A DNA stretch of 50,545 nt from Catajapyx aquilonaris (Eukaryota). The translations under genes were made by a program, and so were the position numbers. Position 1 is the first letter of the stretch; the number at the start of each line of letters is the position of its first letter. Location of the stretch: NCBI GenBank assembly GCA_000934665.2, contig JYFJ02000726.1:62001-112545 (forward strand), in the 5' to 3' direction. Of this stretch, positions 27,296 through 39,166 are shown piece by piece. Under the pieces are notes generated by a model. That model was not told where the DNA came from. It was given only the letters and a program-made list of their open reading frames with translations, and ran no database searches.

Positions 27296-28249
27296 CCCCA
27301 TTTATGATTGCACAATAACAATACCGTTACGTGCCACATGCAATAGTATTGCCAAGTCTCAACTTTCTATAATATACACAGTGATGAATAGCCAGGAAAA
27401 ATGTCAATGTTTAGTTCGGCGCCATCCCCCCCCTACGTCACAAACGTTCACAAAAAAAGCAGACGACGCATTGTGCATGTCATACTGTGTTTCAGTGGTG
27501 CATCCGGTCTACTGATCTAGGTCTTGACCACGGTCTTGACAGTCATCCACATTAATTGAACCGGAAGTACTGTCGGAAGCGGGTACCTGTCAAAGTGTCC
27601 TATCCCGTAGTTCTGCTCCTGGAGAGTGTCCTGCGTGTCGTACTACCCAGCCGGCATGGTGCCTCCATCGTCCTCTATATGTACCTGCAATCCCTTTTCC
27701 GCACCCACACACCGCACCTAGACGCCGCACCGACACCAGACACCGCGATACAACTGCACAAGTGCACAGTGCACCCCCCTACAGCAGCCCCCTTTCGTAT
27801 CACTCTCTCCAAGCAGCATGAGACATCTTGCGGTGGACAACCCGCAACTACGGAATACGATCGATTACGATGATCGCGGTTCGATAATTTCCAGAGGGGG
27901 CGGGCGGGGGGGCAGAGGGACGTGTCTCTCCAGTCGTGAAATGGGCTTGGCACACCGCCGGAAGGGGATTGTGCTTGTCGCAATTACCTGCTGATGACTT
28001 ACTGGCTACTTGTAGCCGACTCATTAACGAGACGAACCCTTTGGCCGTCATGAGCTGACAGTACAATATGACAAAAATATTAATATTGTGAATAGCAGAG
28101 AGCAATCAAGCTGATGCTGATATACGTATCATTAATTGTGCCCTCATGTTCAGAAAAATTTTCATTACGAAGATGTCACAGCAGCGCTCCAATAGTCCCG
28201 CAGCCAATTACAGATGTGTTTACTATAATTAAAATGTCAGGTCGCAAGC

Positions 28250-28372
28250 TTCTCCCGTGACCTCACGAGCTATGCCGGTGGTACTATCAGGGCCTCCCAA
28301 GTCGGACAGGTCTTCTCGCCGTTTCCATCTCAACTAGCCATTGGCTCCTTTCCTAATAAACTAAACCAATCA
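28250..28372 (+). mobile_element. Second copy of the RTE/BovB-like 5'-end repeat
   Basis: gagctatgccgg...cagggcctcccaagtcggacaggtc resembles the recalled RTE/BovB 5' motif GAGCTATGCCG..AGGGCCACCCAAGACGGACAGGTC and matches 11741-12100. Confidence 0.5.
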
Positions 28373-28808
28373 GGTCGTGATTGTAGAGCAATCCCATTTG
28401 GGTACTCTAGAGAGCGAGGGTTTGTGCTCATCAAGAGCACTCATTTTTGTTTGCACGATGGGGTAATTGGAATGGGTCGCGACATTGCCAAATCGCATGG
28501 GGACAAATTGGGAGTTACCTAATAAAAACTGCATCTTGTTGATTGGCTTACGTCGCAAGTTTTGACTAGCTTTTACTATAGAAGTGTCCTAATCCTGGAA
28601 TGGTACAGTGAAACTTTCACTGTTGTGAAAGTAAATTGCACTCTGAATCACAGTGTTTATATGCAGGTTCAGGCTCGTATATGTTGACTAGTAAATAATG
28701 GAAAAATATAATCGTACTTTTGTAATGACTTGAAAAGTACGTGGTGGAATAACCCACTGGACGGAACAAGTTGGGAATAGCTGATTAGAGCAATTAAGAC
28801 TTGGAGCT

Positions 28809-30985
28809 TCAATCGTCAGTTACGTCTGGACCGGCCATATTCCTCTGATGCTTATGCTCTAGTTCCATTCTGTACCTTTGAAGTTCCTGCCAAGGGAAAG
28901 AGAGTTTGTGTCATCACTGTTGAAATGTCATTCGTCATTTGACGGTGATGAACAGCCATACCTCGTCTTTCATTGTTCTTAATTTGTCAACTTGGGGTTC
29001 TCGATATGTCAAGTCCTTTGCAGGGTCTTCAGGCAGAGCACCGTATGATGGGTTAGCAACTTCCTTTTCAGTGCCCTTAGGAAACACCCCATAAAAAACT
29101 TGCTTCCATTGCTCTAGGGCTCCTTGGCCTGAAGGACCTCCGATCAGTTCAAATGAATCAGCCCCAGCCGGAATCAGCAGTGGCTTGTTGTAATCTTGTG
29201 ACAAAACCTTCCTGAAATAAACACTGCTCGTATAGTATCGCTCAGAATAAAAATTGCATTGGTCATATCAGATCTACCGAGCAACACCGAGCTCTAAGCA
29301 ATGGCACTGTTTCAGTATACATACCCAGGCGGACCATGAAAGGCATGGTGCGTTAGAATTTCTTTTGCTCGCTTCACCAATCCCATGTCCTTCGCACTGT
29401 AGAACTGCAGAGTAGCTCCACTTGCATGTGAATAGTAGCGCAACACTCTGCAAACAACTTTTTTGACCTCCGGTTCCAGTTCTTGAAACATATCATACTT
29501 TCCTCCCAGTATGACCAGCGGTATCGGAAGTGGGTCAACATCCTTGCGATCCTGTACCGAAAACAAAACAGCCAAATCATTAGATAAATTCTACAAGGTT
29601 CGAAATACGAGTTGTGTGCAGCAACATGTGAGACTTTGAGGGGCACGGTGATTGCAGTTATCAAGTACACGAAATTGAGCATGACTCGTTACTTTATTTC
29701 TTGTACAGTAGAATCCCGATTATCCAACCTCGGGTTATCCGACCATCCTGCTCCGGCAATAAATCTACGTTTTCTCATGAAATACAGGTACTGTAAAGAT
29801 GCGTTTACACGTGAGCAATTTGACGAGCGAAATCTTCCAGTAGGTTATGTAACCCAAGTAACCAATATTGTTTGAGACGAAATTTCGCTCAGCTTCACTC
29901 ATCAATTTGCTCACATGTAAACACACCTTAATGGTCTACACATTTGTTTTTTCTTAGTTAAATGGTAAATACAGTACAGTAGAGTGTGTGTAAATACGGT
30001 ACGTCACTATTTCTTAGAAAACCATAATATTGTAAGCTATTTCCTGTTTTCAGGAGGTGTATACTCATGCAGGTCACTCACAATCGACAAAGTCGATTGA
30101 CGTCAAAATGACGTCGCCAATGATGACCAGGGCAGGGCGAGGAGAACTGGCGACATCATTTTGACGTCAAACGACTTTGTCGATTGCAAGTGACCTGGAT
30201 GAGTATATGCCTCCATATGTCTTTTCTTGTCTTTCATTAAAGGTTTTTACTCTGATTATCATCGTAACTTTTCTGTTATCTGGTCCCACGAGTGACGGAT
30301 AATCGGGGTTCTACTGTATCTTTCTCATTAATTTGATAACTGAACCTGCTTTACCGGATGGTCCTTCCCAATCCTCTGCTGGGTCTGCTCCTTCAAAATA
30401 TGCGACAGAGACTTTCTCTCCTCCTTATCACGCACGGATTCAATGCTCTTTGTCACCGATGTCCTCAGAGCAGTGACCAGCTTGTGCAGGGTTGTCCACA
30501 CGGCCGTGGGTTTGGACAGATCCACCATGAGGACGGCTGTCAGGTTCTTGAGCCTCTCTGGCGAGGTTGGTGTCGAAAGGAGTGAGTCGCTATGGAGCGT
30601 GCCGCCACCCAGCTCCCAAATGTGGCACACCTCCTTAGCCAGTATGCTCTTGTTCAGCTTGCGGCCAAAGGTGTAGTCCAGCGCCAAGGTTGGTTTGGCA
30701 GCCTCATCCCGCTCCAGGAAGCGGTGGATCAGAGTCGTCTTGCCCTGCGTAAAATGGTGTGAACCGCAAGTGCCGAGCAAACCGTATGAACTTACCACTC
30801 CTGAGCTTCCAAGGAAAAGAAGAGTGGTCTCAGGTGTCCAGCGGTATCCTCCCAAAGGCCCCTCTTGCTGCCTGGCCTGTTCCAAGGCCATGTCGCACAA
30901 GGAAGGACCATTGCTGCTGGAAAATTGCAAGTGTCAAATCAGCCCAATAAACCACCAATAAAATACACCAGTACCTCTGCGGCAT
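28809..30985 (-). CDS. DYNC2LI1: Cytoplasmic dynein 2 light intermediate chain 1 (IFT dynein)
   Basis: P-loop-like [53 protein letters not shown] and DYNKPLLIPAGADSF. Six exons with canonical joins. ATG at 30985, TGA at 28811-28809. Confidence 0.93.
29797..29928. mobile_element. Tourist-type MITE (family shared with 39753-39876)
   Basis: TIRs agatgcgtttacacgtgagcaa / ttgctcacatgtaaacacacct with a TAA TSD. Confidence 0.75.
30053..30214. mobile_element. Palindromic MITE-like element
   Basis: ~67-bp arms ggaggtgtatactcatgcaggtcact...gtcgcca / tggcgac...agtgacctggatgagtatatgcctcc. Confidence 0.75.
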
Positions 30986-31096
30986 TATTTTTGGCTACAA
31001 GTTAGGACCTCCAAAAGAACGGGAAAATATTCTCAAAAGAAAAGACACAGAGCAACACAAAATAATCAATTCGCCGCCATTATGGATAGTCTCAGG

Positions 31097-31110
31097 GTTG
31101 CTAGATGAAC
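31097..31110 (-). promoter_or_regulatory. Candidate RFX X-box upstream of DYNC2LI1
   Basis: gttcatctagcaac on the minus strand about 110 nt upstream of the ATG. Its RGYAAC half-site is intact, and ciliary IFT genes are typical RFX targets. Confidence 0.4.
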
Positions 31111-32094
31111 TGTGTCATCAGTGTTGCCAGGTGGATTTGTATGTACAGTACTGTACTTGTACTTGTACTTATTAATTATGTATTGTACTAGTCAATACAG
31201 CAATTACAGTTTGTGACTAACATTAATTAGATACATTTACAACATTTATTTCTGATTGATTTAGTATGAATTCGGAAGGTGTCCGCTACTTGGCAGCACT
31301 TCCCACTAACTTAAAGTGCTTGTAAATTTACACGACAGATGGACTCAAAATGTGAAAGTGAACAAATGTGTTTGCAAAAAAAATTATGCAAAAATTATGC
31401 AAATTTTTTTGCATTGTTCTTGCGAATCTAGGTCAATGCACCGGCAAATGCACCGTGAAAGAAATTAAAAGTGTCTGCTTTTTTTCGCCAATAACTACAT
31501 TCGAATAAGTAGTTGTGCAAATAATTTCCAAACAAATTTTTAGCGAATATTGTATTTAAAAACTGCAACGATATACAGTACGTTATAAAAGTACATTTTA
31601 TCTTTGAAATTTCGGTGCCTATTAATGTGCAAAAAAAATAAATCGCGCGCCAATCCGCCATTTTTTCGCGACACACCTACATTATTGCGAATGCGCGAAC
31701 TCCGCGCGAACTTATTTATCCCCATTATTCCAAACAATTCACGCAAACAAACAAAAAACAATTTATTTAATCAATAATTATTTTGCATAGTTACCAATAA
31801 CCTTGCATCTGTTACGCCATGAAATAATTGTTGTATTGCCAACTCTGTCAAAATTCCAAGGACTCGCCAAAAAAAAAGAGTGACAGTTGACCTTGCCCAA
31901 CATTAGACTGATTATTCGAGCTTCGTCGAGGCATTGTTGCAGTACAAGTGTACAACCAATGTGGTATGACCACATGACAAGACCTGCAAGTGCACAACAA
32001 TAAGTGGGAGATGAGCCGTTGTTGAACAGCTGGTAAATTCCGCAACTGTTGCATGTCGTTGAGTCCATAATAAACCGCAGTTACTTGCAGAGCG

Positions 32095-33729
32095 ATGCCA
32101 CGACTGAAGCGTCCATCGTCGCTGTACTACCAGTGCCTGCACAGCATTGTCCTGCGCGTGATCGACAAGTGCCGAAGGAAACCTGGCGAGTGCAAGACGT
32201 CGCTGAGTGAGCTGCGTCGACACCGTTTGGCAGAGTACATCGAGAGCATTCCCAACTATGCGGCCAACGAGTACACGGCCGAGGTGCTCCGTCAGCTGGC
32301 GGACATCGATCCGTCTGAAGTGTGGGTCCACTGGCTGCTGCATCCGGGAACCACTCAGCTGCAGGCCACCCAGAGCTGGAAGATTCTGGACGCCCTTCAG
32401 AAACACTGGGTCGCAATCGTTACGCATTTGCCCGCAATGACGCGTCTGCAGCAGCTGAACCTGGATTTCTGCGGGGCCGGAGTTGCGTCTAAAGATGATG
32501 CAGGGGCTTTCCGTAAGTTTCACGAGAGCCTGGGTCGCTTGCATTGGTTAACGTCTGTGGAACTATCGCATGTGTGTACATCGGAGATACTGCATACCAT
32601 AGCGAACGGATGCCCCCTGTTGAAGAAAGTTGTAGCGGAGGACTGTGCATTGAAATCGCAGGACATACGGGTGTTGCTTCAATGCCGGCACCTCTTACGT
32701 GTGCAAATCGAAAGCTACGACGATCCTGTAACGCCTGAGGATATTGCATACCTTGTTAAAGGCCTTCCGAAGTTGCAGTTCATACTAATCGACGGTGTGA
32801 ATGCACTGATTGACATACTAGCGTCCGACACACCAGATGGTACGACCTACCCAATTCGGACGCTGGGAGTCATCAACGAGACATTAGATTCCGACCACCT
32901 GGATCAAATGTGCCGGATTTTCCCGCATCTAGACCGCCTGCAGTATTTGAGCCCGACGCTTGATGTGTTGTGTACGCTCCGTCGCTTTCCGAAACTGAAA
33001 GAACTGAACATGAAAATCACTGCCAGATCGCACCTTCAAGATCTAGTCGCTTCCGCCACGCTGCAGCCACTTGAAATATTAGGGCTGTTCTTTCCCGAGG
33101 GCAACTCTCCATCGATGTCGACGCTAGGGTACCTCCCGAACCTGACATACTTGGACTTGTTCGCTGCAAGGGACATCGACATTGCTTCAGTCGCCAACTC
33201 CTGCCCATCTCTGAAGGATCTGGTGCTCCGGGATTGTTCGTACATTCCCGTCCGCTCAACCGGATCGCTCCCAAAGCTAAACCAGCTTATGATAACAGGT
33301 GGTTACAACCGTGAGGTGCTATACTACCTTCTGTCCCGGTGTCCTGAAGTCGAGACGCTCATATTGGGCGAGAGTGATTTGGCCCAGGAGACATTCCCAA
33401 TATCGGACCGGTTGTGGCGAAAGGCAGTCCGACACAACCCGATGAATTCTCTCAAAATATTGCAGGTCTGCAGCGGCCGTCTTACACGTGATTTTATATC
33501 AATGGTCCTGAGATCACATCCCTGCCTGACGCGCCTCATTCTGGTCGGAGATCAGTGGAATTCGCAGCTTCCGGAGTCGGCCTTTCCTCAGCTTAATGAA
33601 TCGCTACGGAAATTCGACATGACTGTAACCGTGACAGGTGCTGGGACACACTTTTATTGCTACTCCGACACATCAGTTGAAGCCAACAGCGACTGGGAAG
33701 CACTTGAAGTCATTGGCTCGATATCCTAA
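32095..33729 (+). CDS. Intronless RNI-like leucine-rich-repeat protein with N-terminal BC-box, 544 aa
   Basis: Long open frame after acceptor ttgcag (32090). Repeated CPxLKxLxL / LPxLxxLxL units, N-terminal SLYYQCLHSI, and AATAAA at about 33927 and 33951. Confidence 0.8.
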   Translation: MPRLKRPSSLYYQCLHSIVLRVIDKCRRKPGECKTSLSELRRHRLAEYIESIPNYAANEYTAEVLRQLADIDPSEVWVHWLLHPGTTQLQATQSWKILDALQKHWVAIVTHLPAMTRLQQLNLDFCGAGVASKDDAGAFRKFHESLGRLHWLTSVELSHVCTSEILHTIANGCPLLKKVVAEDCALKSQDIRVLLQCRHLLRVQIESYDDPVTPEDIAYLVKGLPKLQFILIDGVNALIDILASDTPDGTTYPIRTLGVINETLDSDHLDQMCRIFPHLDRLQYLSPTLDVLCTLRRFPKLKELNMKITARSHLQDLVASATLQPLEILGLFFPEGNSPSMSTLGYLPNLTYLDLFAARDIDIASVANSCPSLKDLVLRDCSYIPVRSTGSLPKLNQLMITGGYNREVLYYLLSRCPEVETLILGESDLAQETFPISDRLWRKAVRHNPMNSLKILQVCSGRLTRDFISMVLRSHPCLTRLILVGDQWNSQLPESAFPQLNESLRKFDMTVTVTGAGTHFYCYSDTSVEANSDWEALEVIGSIS

Positions 33730-34089
33730 CCCTCTCTACTGTTATTTGTTTACAAAGACAGTATTCGCTGTTCATCAACTACTTAACTTGTTAAAATATG
33801 TGCTAAAATTGTTGGGTCTAGTCTGAACGTCACTGATGTTTTGAACTACTGAATGTTTCATGCGTAATGTATGTCCATGTCGTTCAGTCGGATCTAACTG
33901 TACTTCTACTAACCCCCCGCAATTCTAATAAATACTCAAAACTGTGCAACAATAAATTTACTTTTTAATCAACCACAAAAGCATTGGAGAACATCGTTAC
34001 CGAGATAAGTGTAGAAAACATAATCTTAGGAATTTCCTTTTCCATATTTAAAAAAAAAACAATGCAGGAACCTCTAATGGAGTGTTGAG

Positions 34090-35382
34090 TCACGTGTCAT
34101 CCCAATGGTTAACCATGTCTTCTTCCAACAAGGGGCTCCAGTTGGGAGACTGGCACTGCGTCGCTGGCCATCCAAAGTCGTCCACACACATCCACCTCTG
34201 GGTGGCCGTCTGCAGATCCAGTCCGCTGCTGGCGGCATCCTCCTCAATCTTGGGGTACCTCCATGTGTTAGGCGCAAATCGGATCCCAGTGCTGTTCTCC
34301 ATCACCGTTCGGCTGGTCACCGCCACGTACATGTCGCAGTTATGTGAAGAATGGATCCGTATCTGTAAATAGGTCGGATGTTACATGTGGTTCTCCCAGC
34401 GCACTGTGCCTCCTACAATATCCAACACCTACTCCTTCATTATGAGCAGGAAGTACAGCAGCCAGACCATCATTTAAATAAGTGGTCATCACCGCAAATA
34501 GATTACAAGGCAAGGCGCCGGCAAGTTTCCTTACACAATTAAGTCAATCTTTGTAATCTGCCGCACTGCACGCTCGTATTTGGCCAAAATTTAACAACTA
34601 AAATCGCATGACTTCTGTTAACGTACCTGGTGTGCAGCAATGGACATGGTGCAACCGCTACACGCCTCCACCATGATGGATGAGGCGACTGGCCCGCACA
34701 GAATGTGGCAATCGACCAGGCTCACGGCTTGAACGGCAGCGGGAACACCTTCCATCACCACCGTGCATCCGACCAGCTCGTGCAGCAGTACGTCTTGGCC
34801 CATTAGCTCCTTCCTGGACAGCCTGACCGTCTCCCCCTTACGGGCCCTTACCATCACCGACGCTTCAAGTGAATTATCCGGCTTCTCTCCATCAGGAAGC
34901 TGCTCTAACACCGCTGAATCCTTGCTTATCTGTTTCTGTTCCTCTGCCTGTATCTCTCTAAGTGGCTTTGACAATGCTCGTGAACGGAATCCAAATCGCT
35001 TCTTAGGTCGTACCCTGGCTTCGGTCGAGTCTCGAATCCGTTGCAGTTGTGCTAAGGTCTCCTGTGAGCGTCGTAAGTCATATGCGGGCAGGAAATGGGA
35101 AGCATCCAACAACGCCTTCTGCATTCGCTGTAAAATCGTGCAAGCCTCGTCCACCTCCACTCCGGACTGTGCCTTCTCAAGTCGTGACTCAACATCCTTG
35201 CGTAGGTCATTGAAACGGGCGTAAAACTGTGCTGGTGTCTCCTCCAGCTGGTCCATGGTTGGCATCTTCTGCTTGGTCAGGAGCCTGTGGCGTTCCTCCA
35301 GGCGCCCTATCACATCTCGGTGGCGGTCAGTGGGGGTGAAGGGTCCACCACCCACAATGCCATTCTCCTCCATCACTTTCAT
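34090..35382 (-). CDS. TBCC: Tubulin-specific chaperone C; exons 35382-34627 and 34362-34090
   Basis: DASHFLPAYDLRRSQ, VRPKKRFGFR, C-CAP/cofactor C domain LCGPVASSIMVEACSGC..AHQ-IRIH..RFAP..VDDFGW..SPNW. Confidence 0.93.
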
Positions 35383-35966
35383 GGCTTAAGTTTTCCCTCA
35401 GCCACCCACACCGTCAAGTCTTGATCACGGGCTTTGTAGTTGCTGTCTGCAAATTCACCAACCTTGTAGAAACCTGCGGAGAATATGAGGAGTTAATCAC
35501 AAGAGCCTTGGTTATTATCATTAGACGATTAATTAGTAGGGTACGGCATTATAAAACACAAATTTCTCACAGTCACATGCTTTCCTTTCACATTAAAGAT
35601 ACTCTTCCAAGCACATGTCTTGCCAGACTGTTATTGCTAAAATTAGCCGGACAGTCACATCACATTTTTTGAACAGCTGCCAGTTTTCCCGTGGCAGTTT
35701 ACTTGCGGTGATTCAACTATTTGAATTCTACACCTTTCCAACTAGAAACTTCAATATTATCGGATCATTACAAGGTTCCAAATGAAAGGTTTTAACTGAC
35801 CGTCCAACACCCAGTTGTAGTTGTTGTGCATGTACAACCTAAAGTCTCGAGATCTGTTCATACGATGCCAGAGACAAAAGGTGGCAAGGAAGGCACCAGC
35901 CTCAATCGCCAGGATGCCTTTGATTGAAGAGCGAAGTAAACGACGCTTCGGCTCCTTATGAAGCAT
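35379..35966 (-). CDS. CEBPZOS: CEBPZOS-like small membrane/mitochondrial protein, 86 aa; exons 35966-35801 and 35473-35379
   Basis: IKGILAIEAGAFLATFCLWHRMNRSRDFRLYMHNNYNWVLDG-FYKVGE...RDQDLTVW matches recalled CEBPZOS (FKGVLVAE..KMHTSQDFR..ILEVYYK..RELDQKTW). Phase-1 GT-AG intron. Its TGA overlaps the TBCC ATG. Confidence 0.85.
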
Positions 35967-36638
35967 ATTACGCCCGGCCTACGTCAAGAAAGCAAAAGTG
36001 AAAGCCACCCATTCAAAACCACGCAAGAGATGAACATATTGTGATTAAATTGCCAATGTGAACTACCTGTGAGTATATCAACTGGCATGGTTCTGGCAAC
36101 AGAGGTCCAAACAATACGTTAATAATTAGAAAAAGTTGGAAAGGAAATGGTGAAACTTGGGAAACAGGCGGCAATTTCCCTGCGAGAAGTGGAACTGGTC
36201 AGGGAACATTTGAAGAAACCAAATGAGGTCAAAACTAGTGAAAACTACTGCCATGTGCGCCAGATCACCTCAGAAAATGTGATACCTACAACTTGCTACA
36301 ACTAATTACATTCAACCTTAAACTAATTCTAGTCATTTCCCCTAATTTCCTTTTACCTGGACTTGCAGGTCAACAAGGTAACCTACCGGTAAAAATCAAA
36401 TTCCCTGAACCTTCACATGAATTAATCACCATTGACACAAAATGTAGCACAATTATTACCTTCCATCCCAAACAACTAATTTTCCTTAAACTCATATTCC
36501 ACTTATCATTACCACGGTTAACCTAGTTGCTCCTAGCGACTTCAACAGTTAACATGTCGACAACGTACATTCTGGTTATCTCCATACCGTTACTACTCTT
36601 TGACCCTTGATAAGACCCAACCGTTCTGAACCAGGCTC

Positions 36639-36814
36639 ATTCGAAAACTTGCTATCAACTGATCCGAACCGTGATTAGAACACTTGCCATCAACTGATTC
36701 GAACCGTGATTCGAACACTTGCCATGAACTGATTCGAACCGTGATTCGAACACTTGCCATCAACTGATTCGAACTGTGATTCGAACACTTGCCATGAACT
36801 GATTCGAACACTTG
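36639..36814. repeat. 35-bp tandem repeat (gattcgaaccgtgattcgaacacttgccat[c/g]aact), about 5 units
   Basis: Head-to-tail units are directly visible. Confidence 0.9.
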
Positions 36815-37559
36815 GAACAATGAATGGCTCCAACCAGTGTGAGGAGAAGTGTCTTCCCCAAGTAGGTCAGCCAGGCATGGACGGACTGGCTGGGCGAATG
36901 GGATGGGGGATGGACAGGCTTCCATATAAGGGTCGGGAAAGGCTTTAACTGTGCGTGGGTAGGACCCGTCGTGGGACGTGGTGCTCACCTTCCCTTCCGC
37001 CCACGGCCGAACACTGCGGAGCACACGGTGCGGAACGAAGAGAATATCAAACCAGAAGAAGAAGAAGAAGCAAGATGACGGAAGATAAATGGAAACACTT
37101 CCTCCGCCCCTCCTCCTGTGCGATGTGTAGCCAACAGGAAATGAGGTGGTGGCAACACTGCCTCGTCTTTAATGCGCATGCGACGTGGGATTCCCGGAGA
37201 GTCGCCATTGGTCCAATGTGAGGTCACTCCAACGCTGATTGGCTGCACCGTATTAATCCGGGATTACATGTGACAACAGTTTGATTGGGCCACCTCCAGC
37301 TGGGGGGTTTGATGATTTTGGGGATGATTTTTTTACTGGCTGGGGATTTATGGCAGAATGACTTCTTTTACAGGGGGTCATGGATGATGACTCCATCGGA
37401 TGACTCATTGGAGGGCGATGGTGGCGCCGACTGTTGGCCCAGTTATTCATGTAGGTCTAATAATAGAGATGCGCGAATCTATAAAAATGCTGGATGGATC
37501 AATACCTGTGGAGTCTTGACGTGGCTGCTTTGCTATCAATGCAGGGATCTAACAAAACG

Positions 37560-38340
37560 TATATAAATAATTCATAAGTAATGGATAACCCCTATTAATC
37601 TCCCATTAAAATTTATAATACGAAATTAACTATTAAGTAAAATATAATGCACATTATTTCAATATGAATGAATATAAGTAATGAATGGCAATTATTTTCA
37701 TCGGTAAAAATAATACAAAATAAACTAATATATTAAAATAAAACCAATGTAATGCATACTTCAATAATATAAATGATAATGTAATGAATAGAAATTTTCA
37801 TTGGTAAAATGTATAATACAAAATAAACTCTAACCATCACGACATTTCCCTATAAGGAATAATATTATTTCAATTTTAATATAAAATAAATAATGAACAA
37901 TTATTTTCATCGGTAAAAATAGTACAAAATAAACTATAGAATAAAATGTAATGCATATTTCAATAATATATAAATGTACATAGAATTATTGCTTTTAATA
38001 TAATTTATAAAATATATTATGTACTACCAACAATATTATTCCATTAACACTAAAATAACAAAATGAAAATAAAATATGTATTACTGGTACTTATTTCAGT
38101 GTAATAAAATGCAACAAGTAATCCCTAGTATAAGTGAAATCTACAGTAATAAAAAAAAAGTAAGTAAACGACACAATGAGAAGCGATGATAGCAAGTTTT
38201 GCTACACTTTTTTTATTATTTCAGGGGGAAGAAAAGAATTTTATCGAATAAATAAAAAATAATACAGGTTGTAAGTAATTAAGCCTCTATTATAATATTT
38301 TTTCAAAAGTTTTTTTTCTCTTACTTTATTATTCTACTAA
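37560..38340. repeat. AT-rich low-complexity tract with degenerate ~110-230 bp duplications
   Basis: attttcat(c/t)ggtaaaa recurs at about 37695, 37794 and 37903. Confidence 0.6.
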
Positions 38341-39166
38341 CAAAAAAAAACCAATCCTTCGGGAGGGGCTATGTAATATTATCATTTCAAACGCAACTCA
38401 TCATCCACCTAAAAAAAAATTGTGGGTGTAAAGGGGGAAAAATTGGCATATTTTAATATTTTATAAAGGTTGGGGCTAGGGGATGGGGGGGAGTGGAAAG
38501 GAGAGGGGGAGGGGAAAAGCTTGGGAGCAATAAAAACTTGTGTACAAAAAATCACTCACATATTGAACTTTTTCAAAAGGGGGGTGCGGCATAATGCTGT
38601 TCGTGTCACGTTTTGGTCTGAACTGTGACGGATTTTTTACACTCTCCCACACCCAAACGGGGTGTATGCAAAGGGAGACCCCCTCATGAAATAAAAAATA
38701 TTTATGAATATATAGAGCCATACCGTATTTTTTAATAGAATAAACCCAAGGCAGGTATGGGGGAGCCAGGATGGGGAAAGGAAGGAGGGGGAGCGGGGGA
38801 GGAAAAAAGCCAGGCTTTGATTCCAAACTACCATACACTTTTTTTTTTCGCATGCAAGAGGGAGCCAGTAAACATCCCCTTTTCTTTCCTACGACCCTAC
38901 ATAAAAATCAATCTAAATCAATCCCTCCTGCCACCCCAACCTTTCCCTTTACGTGTCCGCAGCCGCTTCCCCCCACCTCCGCCAGTCTTCCTCCTCCTTT
39001 TCCTCCCCCTCCTCCAGCTCCTCCTCCGCTCCCATGGCCCACCTGTGTCACGAGATGGGTCAAATGGTTCCGTTGCTTGCAGTCCCATTTGTCACCGGGT
39101 CTGCGGAGAGATTTTCGCATGTTACATGCCGTACCTAACTGAAACGGAAGTCTTGACGCTTCCGAT

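Larger units (their letters stand above)
29706..30316. mobile_element. Tc1/pogo-type non-autonomous element in a DYNC2LI1 intron, hosting nested MITEs
   Basis: TIRs cagtagaatcccgattatcc / ggataatcggggttctactg flanked by TA on both sides. Confidence 0.8.

Noticed and set aside
27560..28000. Possible extra gene or distal numb 5' exon (GC-rich, ETS motifs, donor-like sites)
   Set aside because: No coherent spliced ORF. It may be a non-coding leader, but the sequence alone cannot support that.
31912..32544. 210-aa minus-strand ORF and similar shadow ORFs (3912-4433, 10892-11398, 34763-35224)
   Set aside because: Antisense shadows of real GC-rich coding exons.
35383..35388. CEBPZOS ending at TAA in frame with TBCC (readthrough fusion)
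   Set aside because: Recounting the exon 2 phase puts that TAA out of frame. The true stop is the TGA overlapping the TBCC ATG.
36639..36814. Second CRISPR-like array, and the overlapping 143-aa ORF 36593-37024
   Set aside because: Simple 35-bp tandem repeat. The ORF is a by-product of the repeat with no recognisable domain.
36845..36910. HDV-like ribozyme suggested by a hairpin followed by ggcgaatggga
   Set aside because: There is too little upstream sequence to form P1, P3 and L3 in the required order.
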